Source of the DNA: Coleofasciculus chthonoplastes F2-STO-03
GTDB lineage: Bacteria; Cyanobacteriota; Cyanobacteriia; Cyanobacteriales; Coleofasciculaceae
DNA: 64,000 nucleotides
Direction: 5' to 3'
Assembly: GCA_040222015.1 (NCBI GenBank)
Contig: JAVJWO010000153.1
Span: forward strand, 32,001 to 96,000
Part shown: piece after piece, positions 22,076 through 33,117 of the stretch
How the letters are laid out: each line of letters opens with the position of its first letter
Position numbering within the stretch: the first letter of the stretch is position 1
Program-made: the position numbers and the translations under genes
The notes under the pieces: generated by a model
Told to the model about the DNA's origin: nothing
The model's input: only the letters and a program-made list of their open reading frames with translations
Database searches by the model: none

Positions 22076-22465
22076 GACGACAACCGACAACCGACAACCG
22101 ACAACCGATAACCAAACCGCGATAATTTCTATCCCATCAATTTAATCAGTATTCATGGAACTGTAGGGGCGACCCGCTGCAAAAAATAACAGAACCAATC
22201 CATAAATCTTATCGGGTCGCCCTGTATCAGGTATCGCCAATTAAAATAAAAATCGTCATGAACCATCACCCAAAATCAAGCCATTAATTGTATTGGCGTC
22301 ACCCTGAATCACATATCATTAATTATCTGACACCATCATATTTGGCAGGGCGAGTCGAGATAGGTTAATCTTCACATCATCATATTTGTGCGGCGACTCG
22401 CCCCTACAGACGACAAACGATAACCGACAACCGATAACCAATAACCGATAACCCTGGATTGATAT

Positions 22466-22594
22466 GCACCCCAGATTGAGGTTTTTTTTCTCATTCCTAC
22501 GGATACAATATCAATGAAAGCTGAAAATTGGTTTCAGTTGCAGATTGTCTCAGTTGCCCCTCTTATTGCCCAAATGATCAGAAAGGATGAATAA
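22466..22594 (+). pseudogene. Possible C-terminal fragment of ribose-phosphate pyrophosphokinase
   Basis: Translation TDTISMKAENWFQLQIVSVAPLIAQMI resembles the Prs C terminus; no 5' part present. Confidence 0.4.
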
Positions 22595-22622
22595 TGTTAC
22601 CCTACCAAATCCACTTTTGATA

Positions 22623-25124
22623 TCATTTTCTCCTACCCAGCAGCCAATAGGTAATCATATCACCTTTCCCCTTAACTTTGATGGCACCTCGCTGTTCAAA
22701 GATAAACTGGTGCTGTAACTGTTGGTATGTAGCAGCGGTGACTTGAATTTTACCCGGTTCTCCTGATGATTCCATGCGAGAGGCGACATTAACCGCATCT
22801 CCCCATAAATCATAGATAAATTTTTTCCGACCAATCACACCAGCCACAACTGATCCGGTGTTAATCCCAATGCGAATTTCAAACGACTCCCCCTGTTGCA
22901 CTTGGAACTCATGAATCGCTTGTTGCATATCCAACGCCATCTGCGCGATCGCTGTGGCATGATCGTCTCTAGGACTGGGTAAACCGCCAACAACCATATA
23001 AGCATCACCAATGGTTTTAATCTTCTCCAATCCATAGTGATCTGCAAGTTGGTCAAATGTGGAAAAGATTTGATTAAGCATATTCACCAGTTCAATCGGT
23101 TGCAGACGTGCCGATAACGGCGTAAACCCGACAATATCGGCAAAAAGAATCGTCACCTGATCAAAATGTTCAGCAATCGCCCGTTGATCCTGTTTAAGAC
23201 GATGGGCAATCAGTTGGGGTAAGATATTCAGTAATAACTGCTCTGACTTGTCTTGCTCTAACTGTAATGCCGCTTCTGCCTGTTTGCGATCAGTAATATC
23301 ACGCGCTACCCAGATAACCGATTGTTCAGACATCGCCGAAATACTGGCGGCAAACCACACCGTATTTTTCCCACTTTCTAGACTGTAATCAAAATAGATC
23401 GTTTGCTGAGTCGTTAACACCTGTTGAATTTTTTTAAGCCAATTTTGTGCTATTTCTTCTTGAAATAAATATTCAATAGTTTGGCTAATTGGGTCAATAT
23501 AAAAGTCATAGAATCGCGTAGGATTGGTCGGCGCGATTTCGATATTCGCTATTGTACTATCTTGAACATCAATAATTAGCACAACAGCGTTCATAGCCTC
23601 AAAAAATAGGCGCATTTTGCTTTCTGAGGTTCGCAGTTTATGTTCGAGTAATTTACTTTCACTGATATCTCGGGCTGCCCAAATCACGCTATCATTAGAA
23701 AGTGGTGATAAATTAGCCGCAAACCAAATATCTCGTCCGGCAACCGTCAACTGATACTCAATACTCACGGTTTGCTGAGTTAAAAGAGCTTCTTGGACGG
23801 CTTGGAGAATAAAATCGGCTTGCTCGGCTGGGAAATGTTCGTGTAAGGTTTTACCCACGATTTCGGCTGAAGGTTTGTAGTCACTCAGAGGATTAGTGGG
23901 GGCAATTTTTAGGCATCGTCCTGAGGCATCAATCACCAGCACCACATCCGTCATCGCGGCGAAAATCGCTTGCATCTCTGTGACCGCTTTCTTCTGCTGC
24001 ATCACACTACCTAACTGATGAGAAATAACCGTGACGAGCTCAAAGAAATGATGATCGGGTGGGTATTTTTTTGCCATAAAAAACACCAGCACAGCTAAGA
24101 CTGAAACGGGTTCTTGAGCAGCGGTTGGTGTCACTATAGGGACAGCAAATGCTGAGTTAAATCCGCATTGAACCGCGAGTTCTAATCTCAGAAAAATGTC
24201 ATCTGGAAACGTCGCTAAATCATCAACCCACTCCGGCTGAATTTGATGCCATACTCGTCCAGGTAGTTCTTCATTCGGTAAGATGGTTAAGGCAGCACTG
24301 TACTCTCGAAATTGGTCGAATCTTGCGGCGTCTGGAGAATCGATATCTGTACATTTACCATACCAATTATGGCTACATTCTAATGCCATACCATCCGTCG
24401 CGGGAATCCACACTTCGCCATAACTCCAGCCTGTAATTTCGCAGACTTGATGTAAGGCGATGTCCAATGCCGTCTGAAAATCCGTCGCACTACTAATGGC
24501 TTGACTCATTTTAGCTAGACGTGTTACTTGTTCCTCAGCATGCTTGCGTTCAGTGATGTCGTTAATGATACTGAGTAAGCAGTATTGTCCACTAAAGTTA
24601 ATAATATTTGCTGATAATAACCCCGTTTTTATCTGTCCTGACTTGAGACGAAAATCAAATTCATAATTGTGAATGGTTCCCTGAGTTTGTAATTGCTGGA
24701 TAAAGCGAGTACGATCCTCTGGATGTAGCCAAAACTTTAATTCGACTGTGCTTGTGCCAATCAGTTCGTCTTTTTGATACCCTACCAGGTTAAGTAACCG
24801 ATCATTGACCGCCAACAAGCGTCCATCCGCTAGGGTGCTGATTGCCATGGCGTTGGGAGACAAGCGGAAGGCGAGGGCAAATTGAGCTTCGCCTAAGCCT
24901 CCTGTGGCGCTTGGGGGTTGGATGGGCTGGTCTAATTCCTCGTTCCTGGGTTCCAAAATGGTCAAAGAAGAATGTAACAACAGGGCAAGGGGTTCAGGGA
25001 AAAGTTTTATTATATCGCTATTTACCGGAATCGGATCAGGGGCTTTGATGTTTGGATTCAATTCCCTGGATGGGCTGGTAATGGAGGTTTGATTCCTCAT
25101 CCCGTTAGAGTTCATTGTTAGCAC
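22623..25124 (-). CDS. Class III adenylate cyclase with PAS/GAF sensor domains
   Basis: PAS PAC DITERK motifs, GAF, ILFADIVGFT, KIKTIGDAYM, YDLWGDAVNVASRMES. Confidence 0.93.
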   Translation of the reverse strand: MLTMNSNGMRNQTSITSPSRELNPNIKAPDPIPVNSDIIKLFPEPLALLLHSSLTILEPRNEELDQPIQPPSATGGLGEAQFALAFRLSPNAMAISTLADGRLLAVNDRLLNLVGYQKDELIGTSTVELKFWLHPEDRTRFIQQLQTQGTIHNYEFDFRLKSGQIKTGLLSANIINFSGQYCLLSIINDITERKHAEEQVTRLAKMSQAISSATDFQTALDIALHQVCEITGWSYGEVWIPATDGMALECSHNWYGKCTDIDSPDAARFDQFREYSAALTILPNEELPGRVWHQIQPEWVDDLATFPDDIFLRLELAVQCGFNSAFAVPIVTPTAAQEPVSVLAVLVFFMAKKYPPDHHFFELVTVISHQLGSVMQQKKAVTEMQAIFAAMTDVVLVIDASGRCLKIAPTNPLSDYKPSAEIVGKTLHEHFPAEQADFILQAVQEALLTQQTVSIEYQLTVAGRDIWFAANLSPLSNDSVIWAARDISESKLLEHKLRTSESKMRLFFEAMNAVVLIIDVQDSTIANIEIAPTNPTRFYDFYIDPISQTIEYLFQEEIAQNWLKKIQQVLTTQQTIYFDYSLESGKNTVWFAASISAMSEQSVIWVARDITDRKQAEAALQLEQDKSEQLLLNILPQLIAHRLKQDQRAIAEHFDQVTILFADIVGFTPLSARLQPIELVNMLNQIFSTFDQLADHYGLEKIKTIGDAYMVVGGLPSPRDDHATAIAQMALDMQQAIHEFQVQQGESFEIRIGINTGSVVAGVIGRKKFIYDLWGDAVNVASRMESSGEPGKIQVTAATYQQLQHQFIFEQRGAIKVKGKGDMITYWLLGRRK

Positions 25125-25254
25125 CGTGGCAACATGTATGATGATTCTTCTCTATTTTTCCTTGATGAATGTGAAAAAAAGTCAACCTCAATTAAAAATT
25201 TAAAGGCTAAAGCCTTTACTACGAAACCACTTAATTCGAGTAACTTAAGGCAAC

Positions 25255-26637
25255 CTACTTGCCAATACAAAAGCGACTAAAAATCCGGTCAAGCACGGAT
25301 TCCGTTACCTCTTCTCCAGTAATTTCACCTAAGGCTTGAATCGCGCCACGTAAATCAATTGTCCAAAAATCTAAGGGTAACTGCTGGGTAATGGTTTCTT
25401 GTACCTGTTCCAGCGCTATCTTGGCTTGGGTTAAGGCGGCGGCTTGCCGCTGGTTAATGGCTAAATCTAAGTCAGCGGCGTGTAGGGTTCCCGTTTGTAC
25501 CGCCTCAAGAATCTCTTGTTCTAATGCCTCAATGCCTTCATTTTTGGTAATGGCGGCTGTAATTACTCGGTCAATACTATCCGGATAGGAGACAGAATCG
25601 GCAGGGGCGAGATCGGTTTTATTAATGACTAAAATTAGGGGACGGTGTTTGACTTGGGTATAAATTTCTTGGTCGTCTGCACTCCATCCCTCTGTGGCTT
25701 CAATCACCAATACAATTAAATCAGCCGCCTCCGCCGCACGGCGCGATCGCTCAACGCCAATTTTCTCGACTTGATCCACGGTTTCCCGGATTCCGGCGGT
25801 ATCTAGCACCTGTATGGGGATGCCACCGACGACTAACTGCGACTCTACCACATCACGAGTTGTACCGGGTAAATCAGTAACGATCGCGCGATCGCTACGA
25901 CTCCAGGCGTTCAATAAGCTGGATTTGCCCACATTCGGACGCCCGACTATGGCGACGTTTAAGCCGGTTCGCAATAATTGACCGCGATCGGCGGTGGCGA
26001 GAATTTGCTTAATATCGGTTAATATTTGTTGAAGTTGGGCAATGATTCCGGCTTCATCTAAGGGGGGTAAATCCTCCTCAAAATCGATTCGGGCTTCAAT
26101 TTCTGCCAAACTATCTAAACACGTCGCCCGGAGTTCGCGAATCGGTACAGCCAGTTTCCCTTGTATTCCCGCTAATGCAGCTTGGGCGGCGGCGGGGGAA
26201 CGAGAACCCACTAAGTCAGCGATACTTTCGGCTTGGGTTAAATCTAACCGCCCGTTCAAAAATGCTCGCAGGGTAAATTCTCCCGGTTGGGCTAATCGTG
26301 CGCCTAATTCTAGGCATAATTGCAACACCTGCTGCACAGGCATAATCCCGCCGTGACAATGGAACTCCACGACATCTTCACGAGTATAAGAGCGAGGGGA
26401 TTGCATAATGAGGAGTAGGGCTTCATCCACAATCTGTTGGGTTTGAGGATGACGCACATACCCATAGAGAATGCGGTGAGTCTGCCACAGTTGACGCCCT
26501 GGTGCGTGGAAGAGTTGACGGGCGATTTCTAAGGCATTTTCACCCGACACCCGCACAATCCCCACACTCCCTTGTTGGGGAACTACAGCCGTTGCGATCG
26601 CGGCTATTGTTTCACCTTGGACAAACTGTTCAGACAT
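25255..26637 (-). CDS. mnmE: tRNA modification GTPase MnmE
   Basis: [32 protein letters not shown]-terminal FCIGK. Confidence 0.97.
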   Translation of the reverse strand: MSEQFVQGETIAAIATAVVPQQGSVGIVRVSGENALEIARQLFHAPGRQLWQTHRILYGYVRHPQTQQIVDEALLLIMQSPRSYTREDVVEFHCHGGIMPVQQVLQLCLELGARLAQPGEFTLRAFLNGRLDLTQAESIADLVGSRSPAAAQAALAGIQGKLAVPIRELRATCLDSLAEIEARIDFEEDLPPLDEAGIIAQLQQILTDIKQILATADRGQLLRTGLNVAIVGRPNVGKSSLLNAWSRSDRAIVTDLPGTTRDVVESQLVVGGIPIQVLDTAGIRETVDQVEKIGVERSRRAAEAADLIVLVIEATEGWSADDQEIYTQVKHRPLILVINKTDLAPADSVSYPDSIDRVITAAITKNEGIEALEQEILEAVQTGTLHAADLDLAINQRQAAALTQAKIALEQVQETITQQLPLDFWTIDLRGAIQALGEITGEEVTESVLDRIFSRFCIGK

Positions 26638-26724
26638 CGCTTGCTTACCCTACCCTCATCTCCTCGTCAGGGATGCGATCGCGTAAAATAGTCTTTAACT
26701 CTATCAATTCTTTTATATCTTGCT

Positions 26725-27303
26725 ATGACAGCCGTTACGATTAACTTCAACCCAATTTTTCAACTGACTCAAGAGCAATTTTATCATCTTTGCCGAATCA
26801 ATCCCGATGTAAAATTTGAACGTAATGCGAAAGGAGAATTAATCATCGTGTCCCCCACAGGCGGAGAAACGGGAAAACGCAATGCCAAGCTAACCACTCG
26901 ATTTTGTTTGTGGAATGAGCAAACGAACCTGGGAGAAGTTTTCGACTCTTCCACCTGTTTTCATCTACCCAATGGGGCGAACCGTTCTCCCGATGTGGCT
27001 TGGATTCAACGTGAACGATGGGATTCACTGACAGAGGAACAGAAAGAAAAGTTTCCACCCATTGCCCCGGATTTTGTTTTGGAGTTAATGTCACCCAGCG
27101 ATACGTTATCAGAAACCCAAGCTAAAATGCAGGAATACATGAATAATCAAGTCAGACTGGGTTGGTTACTCTATCGACCAACTCGTCGGGTTGAAATTTA
27201 TCGCCAAGGACAAACGGTAGAAATACTGGAAAATCCGACCCAGTTATCTGGAGAAGATGTTTTACCCGGTTTTATTTTAGATTTACAAATTGTTTGGAAT
27301 TGA
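26725..27303 (+). CDS. Uma2 family endonuclease
   Basis: FERNAKGELII, RSPDVAW, PDFVLELMSPSD, LSGEDVLPGF. Confidence 0.92.
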   Translation: MTAVTINFNPIFQLTQEQFYHLCRINPDVKFERNAKGELIIVSPTGGETGKRNAKLTTRFCLWNEQTNLGEVFDSSTCFHLPNGANRSPDVAWIQRERWDSLTEEQKEKFPPIAPDFVLELMSPSDTLSETQAKMQEYMNNQVRLGWLLYRPTRRVEIYRQGQTVEILENPTQLSGEDVLPGFILDLQIVWN

Positions 27304-27394
27304 ATCCTTATCTAATTAGGGTTATTGATAGAAGGTTTGTAGGGGCACGGCAATGCCGTGCCCCTACAGGTGGTGTGACTCAGCTCGCATCCGA

Positions 27395-28687
27395 TTACAG
27401 TGTCAACGATTGCGGATTTGTTTCAATCAACTTCGCCAAATCTTGCAGGAAAGCTGCTGCATCAGCACCGTAAACAATCCGGTGATCACAGGTCATATTC
27501 ACCTGCATCTGATTCCGTACACCCATCATGCCATCCGTTGTCGCCACAACTTGCGGACGTGATGCGCCAATGGCTAGGATTGCCCCTTGTCCCGGCGGTA
27601 AAATCGCATCAAAACGGTCAACACCGTACATCCCTAAATTCGAGATGGTAAACGTACCGGAACTATATTCCTCCGGTTGCAACTGCTTGCGTCGGGAGCG
27701 TTCTACCAACCCTTTCCAGGTGCGAGATAAGGAATAAATATCCACCTCATCGGCTTTTTGTAACGTCGGTGTAATCAGTCCTCCATCTGCCATAGCCACA
27801 GCGACAGCCACATTGATGCCAGCGTGATACTGAATCCCCTTTTCCGTATAACAAGCATTGATCGTGGGATGTTGTTTTAATGTCACAGCGACGGCTTTCG
27901 CTAATAGGGCGGTCATGGTTACGCCCTTAGGCTTAATTTGTTTATACAGCTTATCCAATTCATTGGTAGTGATAGTATACCCTACCCGGAAAGCTGGCAC
28001 CTGAAGACTCGCCACCATATTCCGCACCACGGCATTTTGCAGGGTGTTGAACGGAACCACTTCACCGAGGGGGACAGAAATCGGTGTCGTGGGTGTCGCC
28101 ATCGGTTGAGCCGCAGGCTGAGATGGTGAGTGTTGCGGTGCGGCGCTGGGTTCGGGTTGGGGAGTTTTGCCAGCAGCGGCTTCCACATCTTCTGCCACAA
28201 TGCGTCCGTGAGGACCACTACCCGTCAACGTATCAAGTTCAACCTTCAACTCCCTGGCTAATTTCTTAGCCCTAGGAGAGGCGACAGTGCGTCCATTACG
28301 GCGACTGGGGGTATCTTGCGCTTGGGGAGCGGCTGAGACAGTAGCAGGTTCAGGTTCAGGTTTTGGCGTTTGATCAGGTGGAGTACTGGCTGGGGCTGAG
28401 GCGGAACTGGATTGGGAGGCTTGTTGTTTAGCCGTCTCAATTTCGTCAGGAGTTTCGGCTAGTAGGGCAATTGCCTCCCCGACAGGTACGGTTTGACCTG
28501 CGGGTACAGTAATGACGGCTAGATAGCCTTCATAGAACGACTCCACATCCATATCCGCCTTGTCAGACTCAACCACTACCACGGTTTCGCCTTTCTCTAT
28601 TTTGTCCCCTGGGGATTTCACCCAAGAGACAATTTTGCCTTCGGTCATGGTGGAGCTAAGGGCGGGCATGAAAACTTCGTGGATCAT
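27395..28687 (-). CDS. pdhC: Dihydrolipoamide acetyltransferase (pyruvate dehydrogenase E2)
   Basis: Lipoyl VESDKADM, E3-binding ASPRAKKLA, catalytic DHRIVYG. Confidence 0.96.
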   Translation of the reverse strand: MIHEVFMPALSSTMTEGKIVSWVKSPGDKIEKGETVVVVESDKADMDVESFYEGYLAVITVPAGQTVPVGEAIALLAETPDEIETAKQQASQSSSASAPASTPPDQTPKPEPEPATVSAAPQAQDTPSRRNGRTVASPRAKKLARELKVELDTLTGSGPHGRIVAEDVEAAAGKTPQPEPSAAPQHSPSQPAAQPMATPTTPISVPLGEVVPFNTLQNAVVRNMVASLQVPAFRVGYTITTNELDKLYKQIKPKGVTMTALLAKAVAVTLKQHPTINACYTEKGIQYHAGINVAVAVAMADGGLITPTLQKADEVDIYSLSRTWKGLVERSRRKQLQPEEYSSGTFTISNLGMYGVDRFDAILPPGQGAILAIGASRPQVVATTDGMMGVRNQMQVNMTCDHRIVYGADAAAFLQDLAKLIETNPQSLTL

Positions 28688-28909
28688 GAGGTGGTATTCC
28701 CAATGAACTAGGCGTTAAATAACAATAGCATTTGCCAGATCGCATTTTAGCGTGATGACGGGTTCTCAAACTATAAAGGTCGAAAATAGGGAACAGGGAA
28801 TGGGGAACTCTTAACAGGGAACAGGAAACAGGGATTACCCACCCGCCCCTAAATCTGGGTGCTTCTCCATACCAACCTACAATAGAATTAGCCGCTTACT
28901 AGAAAGCTG

Positions 28910-29482
28910 ATGGATTGGATGGTCAAGTCGGGCAAAATTTCTTTGATGAGTCTCGCTAGTATGATATTCATGCTGACGGCTTGCACAGGCGTCAGTAATC
29001 GCCCAGAAACGACAGTTACAGCCGCTAAGCCTTCACCTGATGAAACGATTTCCTCATCGACTGAGCCAGCCCCCGATTCTCCAGGTAACTCGACTCCCCA
29101 GCAAAATTTTTCATCGGCTCAGACTCCGGCGGCTAACCGGGAAGATTATCGTTCCATTGATCTATCCCAACAAGCAGATAGGATGAGTTTAACCGGTAGC
29201 AATCCAAACGCGATCGCACTCTCGGCGTTTGGCAATACTGAGTCGAACACGGATTCAGCCACCGTGGATGTCTCCTATCCTCAACCGGATCAGGCAATTG
29301 TGATTCTGACTCAAACTGGATTAAAGGATGATTCTGTGCAAGATATCCGATATCGCGTTGAGTTTCAGAAAAATCCCTCTGCTCAAGCTAATGAACAATG
29401 GCAGATGATTTGGGCAGGATCTCAGTTCAAATGTTACCCTGGGCGCGGTCATCAAGACTGGGCACCTGAACTTTGTTTGTGA
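28910..29482 (+). CDS. Putative lipoprotein
   Basis: Lipobox LTAC, low-complexity linker, GLKDDSV..RYRVEF...C.PGRG conserved domain. Confidence 0.75.
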   Translation: MDWMVKSGKISLMSLASMIFMLTACTGVSNRPETTVTAAKPSPDETISSSTEPAPDSPGNSTPQQNFSSAQTPAANREDYRSIDLSQQADRMSLTGSNPNAIALSAFGNTESNTDSATVDVSYPQPDQAIVILTQTGLKDDSVQDIRYRVEFQKNPSAQANEQWQMIWAGSQFKCYPGRGHQDWAPELCL

Positions 29483-29527
29483 GCGGGTTTTCTGGGCGCA
29501 CGTCGGTGCGCCCCTGCAGTAGACAAA

Positions 29528-30064
29528 TTATCGACATCCTAATGATTCGCGAGTCTCTACCCCCGTTTTCGAGTTAACGCCACTGGCTTTAGTGCAGAGA
29601 TTTTGGACTTGTAAGCGATCTAAAACAGCATCGCTGAAATCAGCACCGGTGATATTAACATCATCCAAGCGAGAACCTAATAAAATTGCTTCCACTAAAA
29701 CGGCATCACTCAAATCCGCCCCTTTGAAGTTAACTTTATAAGCAATGCTGTATGAAAAATCTGCACCCTGTAGATTAGCGTCAGTCATCGTGGAATCACT
29801 AATTACCACACTGCGTAAATCGGTATTGTTTAAATTGGTTTGGGTTAGATTCATATTAGATATCTCCAGTTCAGCTAAATTTTGACCGGAGAAATCCATG
29901 GCACTTAGATCAGATACACCGTCATTAATAAGCTGTCTGGCAGAGGAATTAGCAGCTTGGGCAGATAGGGGAACTAAAACCAAAACCAACGCCAGAATTA
30001 GAGCAGCGAGTCCTTGAATAGACTTAATAATACTTACTTTCATTACCACGGTTGCCGAAAACAT
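29528..30064 (-). CDS. Exported pentapeptide repeat protein
   Basis: Signal peptide AQA, A(D/N)LxG repeats, C-terminal GVNSKTGVETRESLGC. Confidence 0.9.
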   Translation of the reverse strand: MFSATVVMKVSIIKSIQGLAALILALVLVLVPLSAQAANSSARQLINDGVSDLSAMDFSGQNLAELEISNMNLTQTNLNNTDLRSVVISDSTMTDANLQGADFSYSIAYKVNFKGADLSDAVLVEAILLGSRLDDVNITGADFSDAVLDRLQVQNLCTKASGVNSKTGVETRESLGCR

Positions 30065-30079
30065 CTTTTCTGGTGTAGC

Positions 30080-31807
30080 TTACGCCAAATCTTGACCACA
30101 TCGGTATAACTGATAAGGAATACCAATCCGGTAATGTTGACTCGGATCAAGGATACAGCTTTTTTGGTTCGCGATCGCAAGATGTTGGGGATAGTCTCGC
30201 CGCTTCAAACCGGGAGCGATTACCCAGAGATTCAATTGAGACACGGAGGGTATAGCTAATTTGGATAACTGCTGCCAGACTTGATCATATCCCTGTTGGC
30301 GACTTAAAAATGCGATCGCGCGATCGCTCTCCTGACTACCAACCTCTGGTAAATTCTCTAATGCCAAGGCAAAGCTCAACCCTAATCCGATATCCTGAAG
30401 ATCGTCATATCCCATCACCATCATCAGGGGAACAGTGGGTTCAATTGTCATATTCTCTGCCACCTGCTGAGGATAATAGGGTTTGAGAAACACCAAATTA
30501 GCCACGACACAAACCGTACTCACGACAGAGATAGCCAACGTTAAGACGATTGCCCATCTCCCCTGCATCCCGACACCCCGGCGCCCAGACGCGCCATGAG
30601 ACGCGCCATGAGACGCGCCATGGCGCGTCTCTACATTTACGGTTAAACTCGCTGCCAATAGCGCACAAATCGCTGGATAATAAACAAAGTTATAACGGGG
30701 AACAACAGAGATATCCTTACCGAGCAGGTAAATAATTGCCAAAAATTGCAGCAATACAGCCAAAGTAAACCCTAATAGAGTAAACGTCGCTAACTGGGTT
30801 GCAGGCTTCTGTAGCAATCGCTTAACTCCCACGCCTCCTTGCCAAATAATCCACCCCCCCAACCCCAGCGTTAATCCTCCCATGGGTATCACAATCCACC
30901 AGGGTTGATTTTCCACGGGTAAGGCAATTACCATGAGTAACCAACCCACGAGTAATTGCAGCACAGGTGTAATACTATTCGGTGATGGTAGCCAATTGGT
31001 TTCTTGTCGCCCCATATCTGCCAAAAGCATACCCCACCACGGCAGATAGCTAACTGCCATTCCCGCCATTACCAGCGCCACAGCACTCCAACTCCCACTC
31101 GGTAAGCGCCGACGATACCAAATCATCCCGGAAATTAGGGTTAAAAATTGGGCAATGACAGCCAGAAGAAAAAAGTAGTGGACATAACAACCGATACTGT
31201 TCACCATACCCCAACCTAGCCATAGCCAAGGGGAAGGCAATTGCTGATCATAAAGACGCTGCTGAATCGGGATTAATGCCAAAAGTGCCAGAATAATCAG
31301 CAACATCGGCAACGTGTAGTGACGCGCTTCCTGAGACAAGTAAACCGCAAAAGGAGACACCGCCATTAACGCAGCGGCGATTAATCCCGCGATTGGCGAA
31401 AAGATGAGACGATTGAGAACGTAGATTGCCGCGATCGCACTAACTCCAATTAATGCTGGAAATGAACGCAACACCCACGCCAGCGGTTCGGTTCCCGTAA
31501 ACCTTAGCCACGAATGCATTAAGCAAAAGAATAAGGGGGGATGAGTCGATTCTTGGGCAAGGGTTTGGGCAATATCTCTACAGCTAGCCTCCGGTTGCAG
31601 AGTGAAGAGTTCTTGGAGGGTGGACAAAGAAAATACCACATCTAATGGTAAATCATTATACTCCCGTCCCAGACTAAAGAAAGCCGTGAGAACTTCATCC
31701 AGCCACAGAGGTTTTAAATCAAGATGCCAAAATCGGAGCAGGGTTCCCAGAAGAATGATTCCAGCAAGGGCGAAATAGTGATGAGTTAGTTTTTTGCGTA
31801 GGTTCAT
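30080..31807 (-). CDS. GT39/PMT-like membrane glycosyltransferase
   Basis: LWLDE, THPPLFF, SQEARHY motifs; multiple TM helices. Confidence 0.85.
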   Translation of the reverse strand: MNLRKKLTHHYFALAGIILLGTLLRFWHLDLKPLWLDEVLTAFFSLGREYNDLPLDVVFSLSTLQELFTLQPEASCRDIAQTLAQESTHPPLFFCLMHSWLRFTGTEPLAWVLRSFPALIGVSAIAAIYVLNRLIFSPIAGLIAAALMAVSPFAVYLSQEARHYTLPMLLIILALLALIPIQQRLYDQQLPSPWLWLGWGMVNSIGCYVHYFFLLAVIAQFLTLISGMIWYRRRLPSGSWSAVALVMAGMAVSYLPWWGMLLADMGRQETNWLPSPNSITPVLQLLVGWLLMVIALPVENQPWWIVIPMGGLTLGLGGWIIWQGGVGVKRLLQKPATQLATFTLLGFTLAVLLQFLAIIYLLGKDISVVPRYNFVYYPAICALLAASLTVNVETRHGASHGASHGASGRRGVGMQGRWAIVLTLAISVVSTVCVVANLVFLKPYYPQQVAENMTIEPTVPLMMVMGYDDLQDIGLGLSFALALENLPEVGSQESDRAIAFLSRQQGYDQVWQQLSKLAIPSVSQLNLWVIAPGLKRRDYPQHLAIANQKSCILDPSQHYRIGIPYQLYRCGQDLA

Positions 31808-31919
31808 AGTTAGGATTTTCGCGCAAAAACCACTCTAGCGAGAATTGGGTTAATTTGAGCGATTGAAATCGCAGCTACACAAACAAAGTCCGCCTGCGCG
31901 GACTGGGTTATAAGTATTA

Positions 31920-32015
31920 GTAGCGAGCAAGATGCTCAATGTAGCGAGCAAGATGCTCAATGTAGCGAGCAAGATGCTCAATGTAGCGAGCAAGATGCTC
32001 AATGTAGCGAGCAAG
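31920..32015. repeat. 21-bp tandem repeat (about 4.5 copies) of a REP half
   Basis: GTAGCGAGCAAGATGCTCAAT repeated. Confidence 0.95.
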
Positions 32016-32219
32016 GTATGGCACGTAAATGTGTAGGGGCGGGTTTCACTACTATCTCTTCGGTTGCACCCAGATGCAACTAAACCCGCCCCGATTCGCC
32101 GATTTCGTTATTTCCCGTGAGACGTCAGGGTTATAAGGGGGGTAGCTAACCTAGATTTGGTATTAGTCCTAGATTGATTAACATGGTGAGAGTAGACGGT
32201 AATTTGAGAGATAAAGAAC

Positions 32220-32484
32220 TTGGACTGGTCTAGATTTAATCTTCATGGTGATGCTCCTGAACATGCCTTTGAAGCACTGACTGGAACGTTATTTGAGCGC
32301 TGGTGTTATCGGGAGTATGCCGATCAAATTAGGCGAGTCGTCTTCGTTAATGGTGCAGGTGGCGATGGTGGTGTTGAGGCATATACTCAACTGAAGGATG
32401 ATCAGGTTATCGGATTGCAAGCGAAGTGGTTTAGAGAACCTCTGGAGTCTTCTCAGATAGAACAGATTAGAACGTCTTTAAAGA
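32220..32484 (+). pseudogene. N-terminal restriction-endonuclease-like domain truncated by an IS1634 end
   Basis: AFEAL..GAGGDGGVEAY...GLQAKWF (PD-QxK type); cut at CCACATTCCGCA. Confidence 0.65.
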
Positions 32485-32660
32485 CCACATTCCGCACTTA
32501 AACTTGAAGTGTGTTTTGTAGTACAATGAGGGATAGTAATCGCCCCCTAAAATAAGTATAAATACTTATTTTTTTTGCAAATAATAAATCAGCCAAAACA
32601 ATGGGTAAAAACTGTCAAAAAATCGAAATAAAAAACCTTGATCATTTAGGGATAATAGCC
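32485..32660 (+). mobile_element. IS1634 family left end and first codons of the transposase
   Basis: TIR-like CCACATTCCGCA; IEIKNLDHLGIIA (DUF4277-type N terminus). Confidence 0.7.
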
Positions 32661-32964
32661 ATTACCTCCAATAGGCGTAGATCTAGCGAAGCTGACACCA
32701 GGGGCAATCTAGCTCAAAACCCTTGTCCTATAAGCGTTCCAGAAACCTTAATGCTCTGTCGTTTCAGTTCGTCTAGCCCGTCCATTGTCACCTTCTAATC
32801 AAAATGTTTGAGTTATTACTTAATTATCAAGTACTATTAGTGGGCTATCGCCCATCACCATAGGGACGCTTCGCGGCGGCGCGAAGGCAAGCTCCGCGCC
32901 GAGCCTGCGGTACGCTCCCCCTCGCGTTGCTAGTTTCTGCAAAAGGAGTACAAGGAGTATACAG

Positions 32965-33117
32965 ATGCGCTTACCAGATTTTCTAATTATTGGAGCAGCC
33001 AAGTCTGGAACAACAACACTTTATAAATACTTGTGCCAGCATCCTCAAATATATATGAGTGTACCTAAGGAACCTAATTTTTTTGGAGATGACGGATGTT
33101 ATGCTAAAGGATTAGAA
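32965..33117 (+). pseudogene. Sulfotransferase N-terminal fragment
   Basis: LPDFLIIGAAKSGTTTLY..L.QHP....KEPNFF PAPS-binding motif; similarity ends at YAKGLE. Confidence 0.8.

Noticed and set aside
31920..32015. CRISPR-like short repeats
   Set aside because: 21-bp pure tandem of a REP half, no spacers
32660..32760. CRISPR leader-like or IS end sequence
   Set aside because: Only a vague resemblance; no repeat follows and I cannot assign a family
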